Assembly (NCBI RefSeq): GCF_018350175.1
Contig: NC_058368.1
Coordinates: 4,154,001 to 4,218,000, forward strand
DNA length: 64,000 nucleotides
Direction of reading: 5' to 3'
Origin: Felis catus
Lineage: Eukaryota
Shown here: positions 62,735 through 64,000 of the stretch, one piece after another
How the letters are laid out: every line of letters starts with the position of its first letter
Numbering within the stretch: position 1 is the first letter of the stretch
The notes under the pieces: generated by a model
What the model was told of the DNA's origin: nothing
What the model saw: the letters and a program-made list of their open reading frames with translations, nothing else
The model's database searches: none
Program-made: the position numbers and the translations under genes

Positions 62735-63151
62735 GGGGGGGGGGGTGCGTCTGGTGGCTCAGTGGGTTAATCATCTGACTTCAGCTCAGGTTATGATCTC
62801 ATGGCTCCTGAGATCAAGCCCCGCATTGGGCTCTGTGCTGATGGCTCAGAGCCTGGAGGCTGCTTCGGATTCTGTGTCTCCTCCTCTCTCTGCCCCTCCC
62901 TGGCTCACACTCTGTCTCTCTCTCTCTCAAAAATAAATAAACATTTACTTTTATTTTTAGTTTATTTATTTTGAGAAAGAGCTGATGAACAGGGGAGGGA
63001 CAAAGAGAAAGAGGGAGAGAGAGAATCCCAAGGAGGCTCCGTGATGTCAGCACAGAGCCCGACTCGGGGCTCAGTCTCACAAATCGTGAGATCATGACCT
63101 GAGCCGAAATCCAGAGTCAGATGCTTACCTGACTGAGCCACCCAGGCGCCC
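62735..63151. mobile_element. Nested tail-to-tail Can-SINE pair (+ 62735-62944, - 62945-63151)
   Basis: A single TSD, TAGGTTACTTT (62712-62722 and 63157-63167), brackets both elements. Confidence 0.9.
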
Positions 63152-64000
63152 GTCCCTAGGTTACTTTAGCCAAAGACTGCACAACTCTCTTTCCAATACC
63201 TTTGATTCATATGTCTTACTGAGATAAAGGAAGTAGGTTCCAATAATTAGAATTTAATACATGTTTTATGTAATTTGTGTTATCGTATTTCGTTGAAAGA
63301 ATAGAATGATTAAGGTGTATTTGCATTAATTAAAAAGAATCGATGTTTACTAAAGATTTAAAAAGAAAGGAGTGATAAGAGAAAATGCTAGTGATACCTT
63401 CTCTTCCTGGACCTTCTTTTTCTTAAAATGAATATTCCCATTGCTGGTCCAAAAGTAGCACCTACAGTAACCACGTCCCATGGTAGCAGTTACTTTCCAA
63501 ACCAGGGTTTTTCACATTCTTTTGACAACGTGCATGATTGTTAGTCTCCCCATGTTGGGTGTATGTTATTCCCAAGATCGTTTTAAATATATTCACCTTG
63601 ACCACTGTGTGTTAAGAAGCATATTTCAGAATCGTGGATATTCTCACTGCCTTCCTCTTTTATGGGCATGTTTGGAGCTAAACATCCATTTGCTTTATTT
63701 TCTGACCTTTTGAAGATGTTACTAGTTGTGGACAATTGGTATCTCATTTTGTTCTAAATCCTCAGTCTTCCTCGCAGAAAAGGAACAAAAGGTTTTTCTT
63801 TTTACTTAGAGTGACGTTCCAAAGAGCAGTCCTTTTCCCCTACAGACTGCCCTCCTTTAGTGTGGAGTCTTGTCACGCATAGAGTTTTGACCAGTGATCT
63901 ACAACCAGCAGGAAACAAAGTGTCATGCGTTCCCCAACTGATTCCCGGTGGATGGCTTTCCTCTGCTTGTTGTGTTAAGTGAGTGGTGCCTTTTAGTACC

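Overview
Mammalian genomic DNA, almost certainly from a cat-family (felid) genome: it carries more than 30 tRNA-derived Can-SINEs of the SINEC_Fc type, plus L1, L2, MIR, CR1/L3, MLT and MER fragments. The only protein-coding gene I can support is TNFRSF19 (TROY/TAJ) on the + strand. The window holds two alternative non-coding first exons: a distal TATA/TCF promoter at ~40.6 kb and a CpG-island promoter at ~49.5 kb. It also holds the first coding exon (60593-60661, signal peptide) and the next coding exon (62480-62590, first cysteine-rich domain); the gene continues past the window. The first ~37 kb is repeat-rich upstream sequence containing one orphan promoter-like element (~19.7 kb). Almost all ORFs in the supplied track are SINE, L1 or GC-rich artefacts. 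I found no RNA gene, CRISPR array or prokaryote-type system and cannot confirm a wholly new biological system. The most unusual signals are regulatory or structural. (1) A ~200-bp inverted duplication in intron 1 keeps TCF/LEF, TEAD and RUNX-like motifs in both copies. (2) A perfect 20-bp GC-box VNTR sits directly at the CpG-island promoter. (3) Inverted SINEs tightly bracket the in-frame CRD1 exon, one inserted at the branch-point position. Repeat family names are assigned by eye and repeat boundaries are approximate.
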